A DNA stretch of 64,000 nucleotides, taken from assembly GCA_003971905.1 (NCBI GenBank), contig RSEE01000006.1, positions 682,001-746,000 on the forward strand, in the 5' to 3' direction. Source of the DNA: Moniliella sp. 'wahieum' (taxonomy: Eukaryota). The notes beneath the pieces were generated by a model. That model did not search any database. It was not told the DNA's origin and was given only the letters and a program-made list of their open reading frames with translations. A program made the position numbers and the translations under genes. Shown here in pieces: positions 37,771 through 52,149 of this stretch (positions are counted from its first letter, which is position 1; each line of letters begins with the position of its first letter).

Positions 37771-38372
37771 GCCGAGCGCAATGGCAACGGGGCGCACGGA
37801 GGCAGGTGGTGAGCATGGTGAGTGGGGCAGGGGGGGTGGAGGCGGTGAGAGGGGCTCCGATAAGTGCTCTGCGATAGGACGACTTGGCAACTGGCTGGCT
37901 GCACAGCCCCCTCAGAGGCCCACGTGATACGCGTGGTGCACGCCTTGCACCGATCCCGCCCCCTTTTGTTTGCCCGCATGGGCCGATAGATGGCTGACCG
38001 TGGCGCGTAACGAGAGGGACGTGGACTGACAACCAACCGCTGAGGGGAACAGAGGCGTATACTTCTGCGTCGTCTTGTCCACCTCCACCGCACTCACCGA
38101 ACGCCTAAGGGCTCTGTTAACCCACTGCGTTCAGTACTGCCTGGCCTGTAGTTGAGAGTTGGTGAGTCCAACGGCGCTTGCGTTACTGTCCCCCTTGGAC
38201 CTCAAGTCTCCTTGGCGTTCTACAAACACTACAGAATTTTAAGTGGTTTGGGCTATAGGAGAATGAAGGATGCCCCCGCCTCATCCTCTTGACCACCAAA
38301 ATAGACAAAGTCAATGCAGAAAAAAGAAAACATAACTAGGAATCAACCGCCGAACAAAGGGCAGTCAATAGG

Positions 38373-41300
38373 CTAACGGAAGCCGCCCACGAGGATGATG
38401 GTCTCTTCAGCCTCCGATTCGTCGCACAGACTCATCGAGGCGGACGAGTCAGCCATAGGCGAAGTTGGTTGGACCGCGGACCGCAACAAAGACATGCGGC
38501 TCTTGGATTTGCGACTGCCTCGGGGGCTCGAGGGCGGAGGAGTGTTCACAGATCGCTCGGCTAGAATAGACCTGGCGCCAGGCGGAGCAGGAGCAGGGGA
38601 TGCCTGCGAAGCTTTCATGGGGGAGGAGGAGGCCATGCAGGTCTGCATGTCACTGGAGTAGATGGGCTGAGAGGGAGGAACCATGCGGGCGTAGAGGCGC
38701 GGGACCTTGAAGGAGAGATTGGGGCCGGACAGGCTCCTGCTCCACCCCAGAACCCTCCTCACCCGCTTCAGAATCAAGCTCATCGACCTCACCGTCAAGC
38801 TCGCTTTCGTCCTCCTGTCCCTCCTGTTCCGCCAGCGTCTCTGCTCTTGCGTCTTCTCCGACACCGGAGTTTTCTCCAGCTTCTCCTGTTCCCCCTGTTC
38901 CTCCTGCGCCTGCGTCATCTCCTGCTCAGGAGCATTCTCCTCATTGTGTTGTTCAAGCTCCTCAAGCTCCAGCTTCGGCTCCTCGGGCTCCGGCTCCAGC
39001 TCAGGCTCTAGCTCAGGCTTAGGTACCATCTCAGGCCCCTTCTCCTGCTCCTGCTCAGGCTCCTGCTCAGGCTCCTGCTCAGGCTCCTGCTCAGGCTCCG
39101 GAGCCTCCAAATTCGGTCCCTCAAGCCCCTCGTGCTGCAGCTGCAGCTGCAGTTCCTCCTCCTCCTTCTCCTTCTCGGGCTCTTCCATTGGAGACACAGC
39201 TTCGACGTGAGCTTCAGCCTCCGCATCGAAGGCGGGCTCTGGCTCCATGTCCACCTGCATTTCCCAGGGGACGATGGGGCAACGGATGCGCGTGTCGAGT
39301 CTGGCAAAAGAACCACGGTCACATCCACCGCAGAGTGGTCCTGCTCTCCTGTGGGGCGAAAAGGGCTGAGCGGAGACATGGACATGGGCAGAGGCATGGG
39401 CAGGCAAAGGTCGCATGAGACGGTCACCGCGCGTAGGGGCCGGCGACAACCCCGCCTCGTCCGCCGAGCGTTTCTGACCACTGATCTGCGCGGCACCATC
39501 AAGCAATCCTCGCTTGCCTGTTCCAACGACTCTGCCGCACCCGAGCCAGGAAGGCGTGGAGCAGCAAGGTCGTGCGACTCGGTCGGCACCGCCGCCTCCC
39601 CCTCAGGTGCTGTTGGTGCGGCCGTGTGCTCAGGTTCTTGAGTAGCGGGAGCCGAATCCTTTGTCGGCTCTGTAACGACGGCCTCGGCCAATAAGGCGTC
39701 GGTCTCGGCAGCCATGGGCGCCTCGGACATTTGGTTGACGGGGGCCTCGCTTTGATTCGGGCTAGGTGTTTCGGACGGGGCAGTCTCAACGCAAGCCTCG
39801 GCCGATGGCGAGAAGGGAGCCTGCTCGAGAGTCTCCTCGGAAGAGTGCTTGGGAGCCATCGAGAGTCTTCGCGGAAGAGTGCTCGGGAGCCTGTGCAATA
39901 GCCTGTTCGGAAGTTTGCTCGAGAGCCTGCATGGGAGTGCTCAGGGACCTGCTCAGGAGCCTGCTCAGGGACCTGCATGGGAGCCCGCTCAGGGACCTGC
40001 TCAGGGACCTGCTCAGGAGCCTGCTCAGGGACCTGCTCAGGAGCCTGCTCAGGGACCTGCTCAGGAGCCTGCTCAGGAACCTGCTCAGGAACCTGCTCAG
40101 AAGTCTGCTCGGGGGCTCGAACGGGTGGGAGAACAGGAGCGTCAAAGGAACCTTGGTTGGGTGGTCCGTCGTTGGCTCCATCAGCACCGGGCGCGTCGCC
40201 CCTGGTCGACGTCCAGCGACTGGTCACCAGCCTCACCGAGGGTTGGCCTGCGTCGGGAGCGACGGGGGGCATGGCCATGCCCCCTTCTTCTCCATCCGTG
40301 CTGGCGCCACCTCCACCTGAGAGGGTGGCTCGATCTGCGCAGAAGGAGGACCGGATACGTGGCGCGAAGATCCATCCTGGCTACCAGGCGCACTAGGCTC
40401 CGTAACGGTGTGCAAGGCGCGGGCAAGTGGGACTAGGCGCCTTGGGGTCCTTGGCTTGCTTCTGGGGTCCCGGGCCAGCAGCTGGGTCAGCGGCGCGGAA
40501 CGCGGTGCAGGAGCCGCGGCTTCGGAGGGTACGGCCGTGGCGGGGCCGGAGCAAAGACGGGGGCGGGGGACGGCGTGCATTTTGCTCGGCACACGCGTCG
40601 ACGCGGCCGGGCAGGGAGGCAGCAGTCGGAGCGGTCAAACGCGACTGTACCTCCTTCTTGGGCGGCCGGGCTGCAGGAGCTGCGCCGCCTGTTTCTGCTG
40701 TCGCTGCCGGCCTGACCTGCTTTGGTGCTGGCTTGACCGCGCCTTGCCCGAGGTTTGCAACGGTGTCCGCTTAACCAATTGAACGGTCGAGCGGGTAGAG
40801 GATGACACCTTCTTCTCCACGCGCGGCTTGGCAGTCGAAACCATGGATTTGGCCTTGGCCATCTTCCCCGGCGCCTGGGCCGGTCGGATGGGCTTGGTAG
40901 AAGATGGTGGGCCAGCAACGGTGGTAGAGCCAAGGCGCGATGCTGGTCGGTCGGGCTAGAGGCTTAGCCTGCCTTGATCCGGGCGGGCAGGAGGGAGTTG
41001 CGCGGAGGCGGGGCGGAGGCGGAGGCAGCGGCGGGCGGATGCGGGGCAGAGTGGGAAACAGGCTTGGTCAACGTGTGGACGCCGACCTGTTCCCCGTGCT
41101 GGCATTCGAGGCAGCGCGGATACCTTGACTGACACTCCTTGCGGGTGGGGGCGCATCAGAACGGGGTGCTGCGCCAGAGGCGGTGGGGACGCCAGCGAGC
41201 CCATGCGACTAGCCGGCCGCGCAAGGTTGGACGTGTTGGGACGGAAGAGCGTGTTGGGACGACGGGTGCGGACCGAGGTCAAAGGTGGAGCGGCGGCTGT

Positions 41301-43486
41301 CGAGGTCAAATTCGAGGTTGACGTTGTTGCCGCATTCTGCACCGTGGGTGCGGCCGGTACTGCGGCAGAACTCGGTACTGCTGCAGCCGAGCCTGGCACT
41401 GTGGGTACGGATGCCACTGGGGCGGAAGAAGTCTGAGTTGCTCCACCGACAGCGGCAGGAGCTGCATGGGAGGGAGAGCGAGATGACACGGCGGTGGAAC
41501 TCTGGGGAGGGAAGGAGCTGGCCTTTCCCTGCGACGGTGGGTCCTTGGCAGCCACAGGCACCACCTCTGGCTCCACTGGTCCGGACTTCACTTGGCTAGG
41601 CTTTACTTGGCCAGACTCCACTTGGCTCGATTCCCCTTGGCTCGGCACCGGCGCTGTCTCTGCCACTCGATCCGTTGCCTTGGGCGTGGAGGAGGTCTCC
41701 ATCACTTTGCCATCCGCGAGGGGCGGGCAAGGTTGTCTGGCTCGCTGTCATTTACCTCCGATAGAAGCTGAACAGGCGCCGATCGGTCCAGAGACGGACG
41801 GGGAAGCGGAGCCGTATGGGCTTCCGCAGGCAAGGGGAGCAGGGGCGCGGTATGGGACTCAGAAGGAGTCTTTTCTCTTTCCGAGTGCTCCCCTTTGGGG
41901 CCGACGCGTCTGCTTGCACAGTGGCTTGGATATGTGAGGGGAGATGGTGAGGGGTGTGGGTGTGGGGGTGAGAGGGAGTTAACCCGAATGCGAGGCATCG
42001 AAGTATCAAAGAGGTCTTCCTCTTGTCTCGGCACCCGGCGCGCGTGCATCGTGCTCAATGAACCAGCCGTGCTGGTGGAGCCAACAGAAGCGGATGAGGC
42101 CAGCTGGACTCGGCGTGCCCTTGGGCGAAATGGTTCGCCACCACCCATTGGTACATTGTCCCGCTCGTTCGGGCCCTCACGTGCGTCCTGGGACGGTGAC
42201 GGCTCGTTGACCAGGGGGGCACGCGTCTCTCCTGTCCACCGCAGAGCTGGATTGACAGTGGGCGGGGGGGCGGGGGGGGAGAAACGCTGCGCAAGGCCAT
42301 CGCACTAGCCGGGCGAGGAGGCCGTTTGAGTTCGGTGCCAGTGCGTGCTACACTACTCCCGATGCCGAGCGAGCTGGAGCTTGACGCTGAGAGCGGAGGC
42401 ATGGCAGCAGAGACGGTGCGGGTGCGCTGACCGAGCGCGGCGCGCATTTGAAGGCGATACTGGGCCATGGTATCGTCCTGCCGCGTCCCAGCACTCGAAG
42501 CTGGGCGGGCACGGGAGGCAGGGGTGGGGTGGGATGCGGCAGGGGTGTGCAATGAGGGGGCCGCCCCCAGAGGGCGGGGTGTGGCGACCTTGCGAATGCA
42601 CCGGGGGAGGGCGCGCGGGCTCAGGAGGAGGAGGCGGGGCAGCGGCGGGCGGGGAAGGCAAGTGAAGAGGCTCGATGGAGGGGCGATAGGTGCCTTTCTT
42701 GGGAAGGCCAAGCCGTTGGCGCTTGGTGGTGGTGTGAGGGTGTTGGCATACCTTTGTAGGGCACAATGTCAGTATCAGACTTCCAAACGGTAAGAAGGGG
42801 GAAGACGTACGCCTCGACACGTCGAGTGTAGCGCTGCTCGTACAGTCCAAACAGGATCTTGCCGTAGCCGCGCACCTCGTTGGCCGAATCGGACACGGAG
42901 GCGGTGAGGATCTGCTCGACCATGCTTGGTACGGGGGTGCGCATCAGCCGATGAGCCACCTTGTCAGGAAACGATTGGAGCAGGGTGATTGTGAGCTGCA
43001 CAACGCCGAGCGCACTTGGCTGTCCTTGGATGCGAGCTCGGGCACGAGCAAGCGGAGGAGCGGGGAAGGAAGGGGGCAGTAGGCCATGATGAGCGACAGG
43101 GTCTTGACTGCGCGGGCGCGGAAGACCTTGTTGGTGCGGCGAGGATTTCGAGGAGCGGGGGCACATAGACGGGGATCAAGACATCGAAGCGATCCCGAGA
43201 CGGGGGGCGAGGGAGGCGAGGAAAGAGGTGGCGACGCCGCTCAAGCCAGAGCGGATGGAGCAGACGCTGTTGGCGACGGCGTGCTGATGCGGCTTGGACC
43301 AGGCCGATAAAGGAGGGGCGCTTGTAGGCGCCGGCCTTGGTTGCGGCCTCCAGGCGGGCAAGGGCGCGGGAGAGCTTGTCCCACGTGTCCTCGCCTCGGG
43401 GACGGCGAGCTGGTGCGCAATGTCGTCGATGGTGGCGGCGAGCTCCGCATCGGAGCCGACAAGGACGGGGGGATTCTTGGGCGCAT
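38373..43486 (-). CDS. CLASP-N (Stu1-like TOG/HEAT) protein with a long low-complexity tail
   Basis: [61 protein letters not shown] resemble CLASP_N; then ~4 kb of Ser/Pro/Arg- and Glu-rich coding sequence over several frames. Treating it as one gene is inferred. Confidence 0.7.
39041..39099 (-). repeat. Coding 12-bp tandem repeat (CTCCTGCTCAGG)n encoding EPEQ
   Basis: Directly visible, about 4-5 copies; translation [20 protein letters not shown]. Confidence 0.9.
39938..40110 (-). repeat. Coding 12-bp minisatellite CCTGCTCAGG(GA/AG/AA) encoding EQVP/EQAP
   Basis: About 14 consecutive 12-bp units are visible; translation [20 protein letters not shown]... Confidence 0.95.
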
Positions 43487-44015
43487 GCTGGGGGGGGGGG
43501 GGGCAGAGGCAGGGGCAGAGGCGAGGCAGACGGAGGCGGCAGGATGGATGACGCTGCTCAATCGCTGCTTGTGCGTAGAAGTTGCGCCGCGCCGGCTGTT
43601 TGGCGGGCGGCGCCAGTCACGTGCCACAACGCGTGCAGGGCGCGTGGGAGGCCCAGCAGGTGTGGTCACATGACCTGTCGCTGCAATTTCACGTGCCACC
43701 GGCTGCAGGGGGGTGGGGGCGGCGGTAGGGTTAGTGTGGCGCCCCGCCACCGCGCAACGCCGCCACAGCGGCAGGGGCTCCGACGACGATCTCAGTCAAT
43801 CAGCAGTAGTCATCGACGCTTCCTCCCTCCATCCTATTGCCACAGGGCCACCTATAGACGCTTTGCTGTGGCGACACTCATAGCAGCTACGAGCAAAGAT
43901 AGTCAACGACTATGTATGGTCTTGTTGTGTTTCAATTGCGCCTCTCCTTCCCCCCCCCGCGCCTTGCACAGAGTCTCCGCCCCTCCGCCTCCCGCCTCCC
44001 GCCTCGCCTCTCGTC

Positions 44016-45207
<1,192 letters not shown>

Positions 45208-45956
45208 CCCTGTCGCTCCGCACCGAACACCCCTTTGTCTTCTTCTCCCGTCTTGCTTGTCCCTTTGACGGATCGCTTTGTGCAATGGGCCCACGTTCGA
45301 GTGGGAGAGTCTATGCACTTGGATCGCTGGTTTTTGGTACTTGGTGCTGGGGTCGTTCTACATGCGGTAGCCTGACCTGAAGTCCGAGCTCTGGGCCTGA
45401 TATAGCGACATTGCCTCCCGCCGGTATGCATTGAGACCTGAAATCGTTGCATATTATGCCCATACTACAGTGTTGTGGCTCTTGTTGCGAACGGGGGACG
45501 GGTGGATACAATCACTGTGCCCTGTGGCTATAATACAGTTTCTCCCTCTCACGGTAAAACCGCAATATATTGCTTGTGCAAGTGCCAGGCTGTGTATTAG
45601 AACCAGCTTGGTAGCGCAGTAAAAACGTGCCGGTGGCCATGCAATCATACACAGCCGAGAGGTACTGCGGGGTCGAGACTCCCATTTCAGCCTCACTTTT
45701 CTCTAGTGTGGTTTCCCTTGTTGGGAAGGGCAACCTCAAACAGGATGAGGGCTATTCTATGGACAGGCAAATAACTTGTCGAGCGCAAACAAACAAGGAG
45801 ACTGGTGTGGGGCGTAGCATTTGCCTTTTGCCTTTTGGGCGTAGTCTTTTCCAGGCAGGATGAGATCACTTCTTCGTGGCTCCTCTGTTGTTACCAGAAC
45901 GAATCGGTAGCATTATGAAACGGTAGAGGGTAGGTATATCACCCTAGTGAACATTC

Positions 45957-46045
45957 GGGCGGATAGCTCAGTTGGTAGAGCGCACGCTTCGCATGTATTT
46001 CCGTGCATCTGTGTGAGGTCTGGGGTTCGATTCCCTATTCGTCCA
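45957..46045 (+). tRNA. tRNA-Ala(CGC) with 16-nt intron (45994-46009)
   Basis: Acceptor GGGCGGA/TTCGTCC with the G3:U70 alanine identity pair; D arm GCTC-AGTTGGTA-GAGC; anticodon stem CACGC/GTGTG with TT-CGC-A; T arm TGGGG-TTCGATT-CCCTA; downstream T-run. Confidence 0.95.
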
Positions 46046-46385
46046 AGTTTTTTAGTCCGCATCGATGCTGCTACAGAACGTGTTTTTCTTTTGTCGTGGC
46101 CTACACTCTAGATCAATCCCAGTACAATGGCAACTGCTTGCAGCCTCTAAGGAGCTTTTGTCTTACGGGGCTGGAGATGATACAACACCTTTACGCCGAT
46201 AGAGAGGCATGTTATAGCGTACCAATAATAGTGAAGACCGGGGAAAAAAGAAGGGTACTGCGGATGGGAGACAAAAGTGGGGAACGTCCAGAAGGACTAT
46301 AGGACCAGAAAAGTGAGACAACCTGCACCGCGGGGGGAGGGACGGGATGCCGGAACCGCCATCGGACAACACACCAGCCAGAGGG

Positions 46386-47650
46386 TCACCAACTAAGCTC
46401 AACCATATCCTCGTCTTCTAGATCGATGTCCTGCGCTGTGAATCTGGTCGACCCGCTCACCATCAAAGCGGATCTTGATCTTGTTTGGTGTGAGCCCAGG
46501 GGAAGCGCATCGCGCTTGGTGGCACAGAAATGCTCCAGAATGCGCTGGAACGTCGTAGTAGGCTTCACACGTGCTTGCATTTCCACGCCCCCAGGGCCTC
46601 GAAGGACGACCTCGATTCTGCCCTCGTCTTCCTCTGGTTGTTGCTGGACAGGGGGAGGGGAAGGGCGTTGGGACACGGCCCGAGCGGCTTGCGTGGGCTG
46701 CCATTGAACCTCGTCACTGTCATCATTCTTTGGGGAGGTCAGTGAAAATGAGAACAAGATACGGAGGGGAGATACACACGACGTAAAAGCTATCCTCTGT
46801 ACCAACCGCAGGGGTCGGGGGGACTGCGGCGTTCGGTAAGTGGATGCTTGATCAGCATGCTTCCCAAGAAGCTGCAACTGCTCCAGGCGCGCCTCCGCAG
46901 CTCGTTGCTGAGACGCAATCGCTTTTCGTTTCTCCTCCCTCTCGGCCGCGAGCGCTCGGGTGCGTTCCGCATCGGGACCATGGTACAGTCTTGCCAAGTC
47001 CGGATCAAGCTCAAGGACATGCTGAACTCGTGGTTGTTCCTCCTCCTCGTGAGACGGTGCAAATGAGAACTGTTTCCGGATAATCTCACAGCTCGTTGCT
47101 TGGCTACACTTCAACATTAGCACACCCTCGAAACGAAAGACAGAAGGGGGGGACGTACTAGCTTCAGATAATTCAGGGGGCGGCGTGAGTTCTGGGCTCG
47201 AGTCCCTCCTCCGCTTGTGAGCCGGTGCATCGTCCTCATTATCATCCTCATCGAGCACAATTGCGCCCTTATCTTGGTCAGTCAAATAAACGGGCTGGGT
47301 TAGCATCCACTCGGGAAGGTTCCCCTTTCCCTTCGATGTGGCCTTGCGGCGCTTGTGGGTGTCCTCCTCCACCGATGAGGAAGATAAGGCTAATACGTCC
47401 TCATCTCGTGGTAGGGGAATCGGAGCGGCTTTGCGGAGGGAAAAGAAGCTTGCAGCATCTGCCTGAACAGGGGGTGGCCGTGATGGGCCGGCACTAGGCC
47501 CGGAGTGAGAGGAGGGCAAGGCCGGCTTGTGGGCGCCAGAGGGGGCGGTGGCAGCGGCAGCGGCAGGGCGGGGCGGGCGGGGCCGGGGGGTCGGGGCCGA
47601 GGGCGGGAGTGCGTTTCAGGCGGTGGCGAGGGTGAGGGTGAGGGTGTCAT
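46386..47650 (-). CDS. Rad60/Esc2-like protein with C-terminal SUMO-like domain
   Basis: IEVVLRG...[16 protein letters not shown]...[10 protein letters not shown]...[15 protein letters not shown]; upstream [10 protein letters not shown] motif. Confidence 0.8.
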
Positions 47651-47958
47651 CGCGAGGGTGGTGGCAACGAAAGCCAAGCAGGTGTAGATGGGCAGCGGGA
47701 CGGCCTTCGGTGCATCTTGCCTCGGCACTGGCTCGGGGACGCCGAGCCTCGCGGCTGCTCGCCAGGGATGCAGCCTGCCGCAGCCCAGGGCCAGTGTCAA
47801 AGCACGCCTGCCCAGCTGGTCCCACCTGGCCGGCTGCTGTTTCTTTTGCACCGATCGACGACGTGGCCAGCCGTGGCCATCAGGCTCACTGGCCTCGCCG
47901 AGCATCATCCATCCGCCGCTGCGTAGCGTTGCACGTCTTTCCACCACCACTGCCGGCC

Positions 47959-48610
47959 ATGTTTGCCTCGGAGCTGGCGACGCTGCGACGGGTGGGGCTG
48001 CGGGCACTGCTGGTGCAGGGGCTGACCATCCTCAGTGTGCTCACTTCGGCGCTGTGCATGTGGAAGACGCTTGCGCTCGTCGCCGACACGGAGACGCCTG
48101 TCGTGGTTGTGCTGTCGGGCAGCATGGAGCCCGGCTTCCAGCGCGGCGACCTCCTCTTCCTCTCTCGCCCGACACCCCTACAAGATTGGTGACATTACCG
48201 TTTACAATGTTCCCGGCTCCAACGGACAAGCGACACCGATTGTTCATCGCATCCTGGAGACCCACGATATGTACGTCCCTGGCTGTACTTGCGACTCGAC
48301 TGACCCCTTGCAGCCAAGGTACCACCGACCAACGCATCCTCACCAAGGGCGACAATAACGAACAAGATGATGTGGGATTGTATGATGGTCCCCTCTGGTT
48401 GCACCAGGACGACATCGTGGGCAAGTGCAAGGGTGTGTCTCCCTTCTTCTGTTTTCAAACCCCTCTGTGGTGATGTGGTGATAAAAGGCTAACTTTCCCA
48501 GGTACGTGCCGTATGTGGGCTATGTAACCATTGTCCTCAACGACTATCCCAAGCTCAAGGTGGCATTATTTGGCGTACTCGGTCTGTCGCTCTTGTTTCA
48601 AGGGGAATAG
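47959..48610 (+). CDS. SEC11: Signal peptidase complex catalytic subunit Sec11
   Basis: [65 protein letters not shown]; introns ~48271-48313 and ~48433-48501. Confidence 0.95.
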
Positions 48611-50394
48611 ATTTGCATTTAACGCAGCCATCGCACCCTCTCCATCGAGAGTGTTACGCTAGTCTTCCCACTATGCCTACCTTGACCGGCTCGAGCAATC
48701 CGCCAACTCCACCAGAAAGTGTTGCCGGCATACTCGCTCCTACAGTAGTGCTTTCTCTTTCCATCTTAAAAGAGGTGGTGACGCCATCAGAGGCAAAGTT
48801 GAAGGCGCAGAGAAGAACCCAGATGCCGTGGTAGGCGTGGTGTTGCAGGTTCCCAAGGTGTGGATGTAAATGATGCCAGGACCCAGACCGCCGTAGAGTC
48901 CTTTCGCGGCGATCCACAGCCCCATGTATCGCCGGGTTGGGCCAGGTTCCAGACGAGTGGGACTCTTTCTTACAAAGGGGCGAAGCATGGCGAAGCCCTG
49001 TGCCTGCAGAGACAGTGTGGGTGGGGGGGAAAGGACTGCACGAACCATAATCACGGCATCGGTGGTGGCAAGATTCTTCCCCCGCGCGGCCCAGCCCTCA
49101 CATCCTCTTGGTGGCTCAACATCCATGCGTCCTTCCTGCTTCGTGTCCTTGTAGAAGGGCTGTGTGGGCTGGGCGAAGCACAGAGGGGCACTGGTAGCGT
49201 GCGGATCGGAGCCTGGCGAGATAAAGACAGAGAGAAGTAGAATGGAGTAACTACTCAAGAAAGCAAAGGATTCGCTGGTAGAGGAGAATAGGCGAGATGG
49301 CTAGGGAAAGGAACGCAGGTGGAAGTCCGATTGCCGGGACTATCGCTAATCGATTATCCCAAAGGAGCGTGACAGGTGCTCATGATTGTGAGCCTGCGGA
49401 GTATACGCGTCAAACTGTTTGCTACGCGTGTTGCGTACGAGACAACCCGTGGCAATCTTGCGGGAATTTCAATTTCAATGGGAAATCTAATCAGCCGGGA
49501 TCGATGATGGCGAATCGATGATCGCTGTTTACATTTCATCTCTACGCGTTAACCGCCCCAGACGCCCACTGCGCCACAGCCACGGTGCTATCAATGTTAT
49601 CAACACGCTTGTTGCCGCTCGGCCTAGGCCCCACCACATCCACCCTAGGGCCTAGAAGGAGTGGGGGATGATCGATGACTCGATGACTAGCTTGAAGCTT
49701 GACTAGGGCTCTGAGATCTGACTGAGGCTCAGGCGCTCAGGCGCTCAGGCTCCGAGATCTGAGGCCCTCACGATTATCGATGATCTCGACTATTAGATTT
49801 CGAAATGGATCATCGATCTAGCACGCGCTTCACGCGTCTCGTGTCAGCATGTCACCGGCGTCACCGCGTCACGTTTGATCCATGAGAAATGTGTGCATGG
49901 CTGGGGAGAGACGGGTAAAAGCGAGAGGGAAGATGTTGGGAATGATATGACCGCGACGGGCCGATGCGGCGCCGCAGCCCGGCGCGCAGCTTGGGCCAGC
50001 ATCTGGGCTGCGGTTGCCGCTGCTGGGCGGTGATACAGATGCGTGTGATGGGGGCGGGGAGCCACAGCATGCGTATCCTGGGGTCCGGGACTGGGTGCGC
50101 TGGGGCCTCGGGGGGCGGGTGGGGCGGGTTGGGGCCGCCTCTCGGGGCAGGCGATAGCGCTGTGTATCGGTTGGTTGCCGGGGACACGAAGCTTCAAGCG
50201 CGGTTGCCGCCGCACGGGCCGCCCGCCGCACGGCTCTGGCGTGTCGAGTGTGTTTTGCCGCTCCCATCCCCACCTCGCCCCACCCATCGGCGTCAGTCAT
50301 CGGTCCCGTCCATCACCCATACCCCCCCTGGCCTATCCCTGTACTTCTTTGGCCTCGTTTGACACGGCGAGCCCTCTTGGCTTCCCCCACCATC

Positions 50395-52112
50395 ATGCTT
50401 GCTCGTCCGCTCCGCATCCCGCTTCGTATCCCGCTCCGCACCCTCTGCACCTCCTCGCGCCAGCTTGCACCCCTGGCTGGTGTCGCGCAGAGCAAGGCTA
50501 CCGAGCTGGCACGCCGTTTCCCGGTCGCGTTCGCTGGTCAGGCCCTCCCCAACTTCATCGCTGGGGAGGCGGTCGCCTCGCGCGCGACGGCCCATGCCGA
50601 GGTACACGATCCGGCTACCCAGACCGTGCTCAGCAAAGTGCCTGAATCCACCATGGAAGAGTTTGAGGAGGCGGTCCAGGCAGCAGATGCAGCGTTCCCA
50701 AAGTGGAAGGCTACGTCTCTCCTGGGCCGGCAGCAGGTCATGTTCCGTCTCCAGCATCTCATCCGCCAGCATATGGACGATCTTGCTGCGTGCATTGTGT
50801 TGGAACAGGGAAAGACATTCTCCGACGCCAAGGGAGACGTGCTCCGTGGCCTGCAGGTCGTGGAAGTGGCTTGCGGCATCACCTCCACCGCGCTGGAGGA
50901 GCGACTCGAGGTAGCGACGGATATGGACACCTATGTGCGCAAGGAGCCCTTGGGTGTGACAGCGGCCATTGCGCCCTTCAACTTTCCGGCCATGATCCCC
51001 TTGTACGTGTATACCTTGGCCCCTGAACTGGACGAATCTGACCTGTGATGTTGTATATAGGTGGACCATCCCCATGGCCGCCGTGACTGGCAACACCTTG
51101 ATTCTCAAGCCGTCCGAACGTGTTCCCAACACGTCAATGATGATCGCGGAACTGTGCAAACAAGCCGGTTTCCCTCCTGGTGTGGTTAACATTATCAACG
51201 GATCCCGGGACGTGGTCAACGCAATTTGTGATGATCCTCGGATCAAGGCAGTATCCTTTGTTGGGTCGGACAAGGGGGGCGAGCACATCTACCACCGCTC
51301 CCTCGCCAAAAATGGTGGTGGGAGCTCAACGGTTACCAACAAGCGGGTGCAAGCGAACCTGGGCGCCAAAAACCATGCCATCCTAATGCCTGATGCCAAC
51401 AAAAACGCCGCCCTCAATGCCATTGCCGGTGCTGCGTTTGGCGCCGCGGGGCAGCGTTGCATGGCGCTTTCGGTGCTGATCATGGTGGGAAAGGCGAACG
51501 AACTCCTTCCCCAACTGGTGGAGAAGGCCAAGGCTCTCAAGGTGGGCCAAGGATTCGAAGCAGATGTGGATTTGGGACCCCTCATCTCCCCCCTTGCTAA
51601 GGAGAAGGTGATCGCACTCACGCGCTCGGCTAAGGCAGAAGGTGGTGAGGTCATCCTTGATGGCACAAGCTTCACACACCCCGACTACCCCGAGGGCAAC
51701 TTTGTTGGCCCGAGCATTGTGCGCGCTGGTCCGGGGATGCAGGCCTACGACATTGAGATTTTCGGTCCCACCCTCACTGTCATTGAGGCTGAGACTCTCG
51801 ACGAGGCCATCGCGATCACCAATGCCAACCCCTACGGCAACGGTGCCGCCATCTTCACTACCAACGGCGCAACGGCACGCAAGTTCGAGAAGCAAATTGA
51901 GGCAACCCAGACAGGGATCAATGTTCCTATTCCTGTTCCTCTTCCCATGTTTTCCTGGTCGGGCGGCAAGGGCTCTTTCCTCGGAGATGTCGGCTTCTAC
52001 GGCAAGTCGGCCATTGACTTTTACACCAAGCGCAAGACCATCACTGCTCTGGCGCGAGGAGGACGCTTCGCTCAGCGAGAAGGCAACGACGGCCATGCCT
52101 ACCATGAACTAA
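50395..52112 (+). CDS. Methylmalonate-semialdehyde dehydrogenase (ALDH6 family), mitochondrial
   Basis: Arg/Leu-rich presequence; [32 protein letters not shown] (intron 51003-51060), [57 protein letters not shown]. Confidence 0.95.
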
Positions 52113-52149
52113 CTCTAGGGCACACCGGCAATTCATACATGTGCATACA

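Noticed and set aside
39938..40110. Regular repeat array as a possible CRISPR
   Set aside because: Contiguous 12-bp units with no unique spacers, in frame within a eukaryotic CDS, and no cas genes.
48654..49258. Short ORFs downstream of SEC11
   Set aside because: No motif and no consistent coding signal.
50293..51288. Long antisense ORFs opposite conserved genes (e.g. 331 aa opposite MMSDH)
   Set aside because: Expected shadow ORFs from high GC and codon bias.
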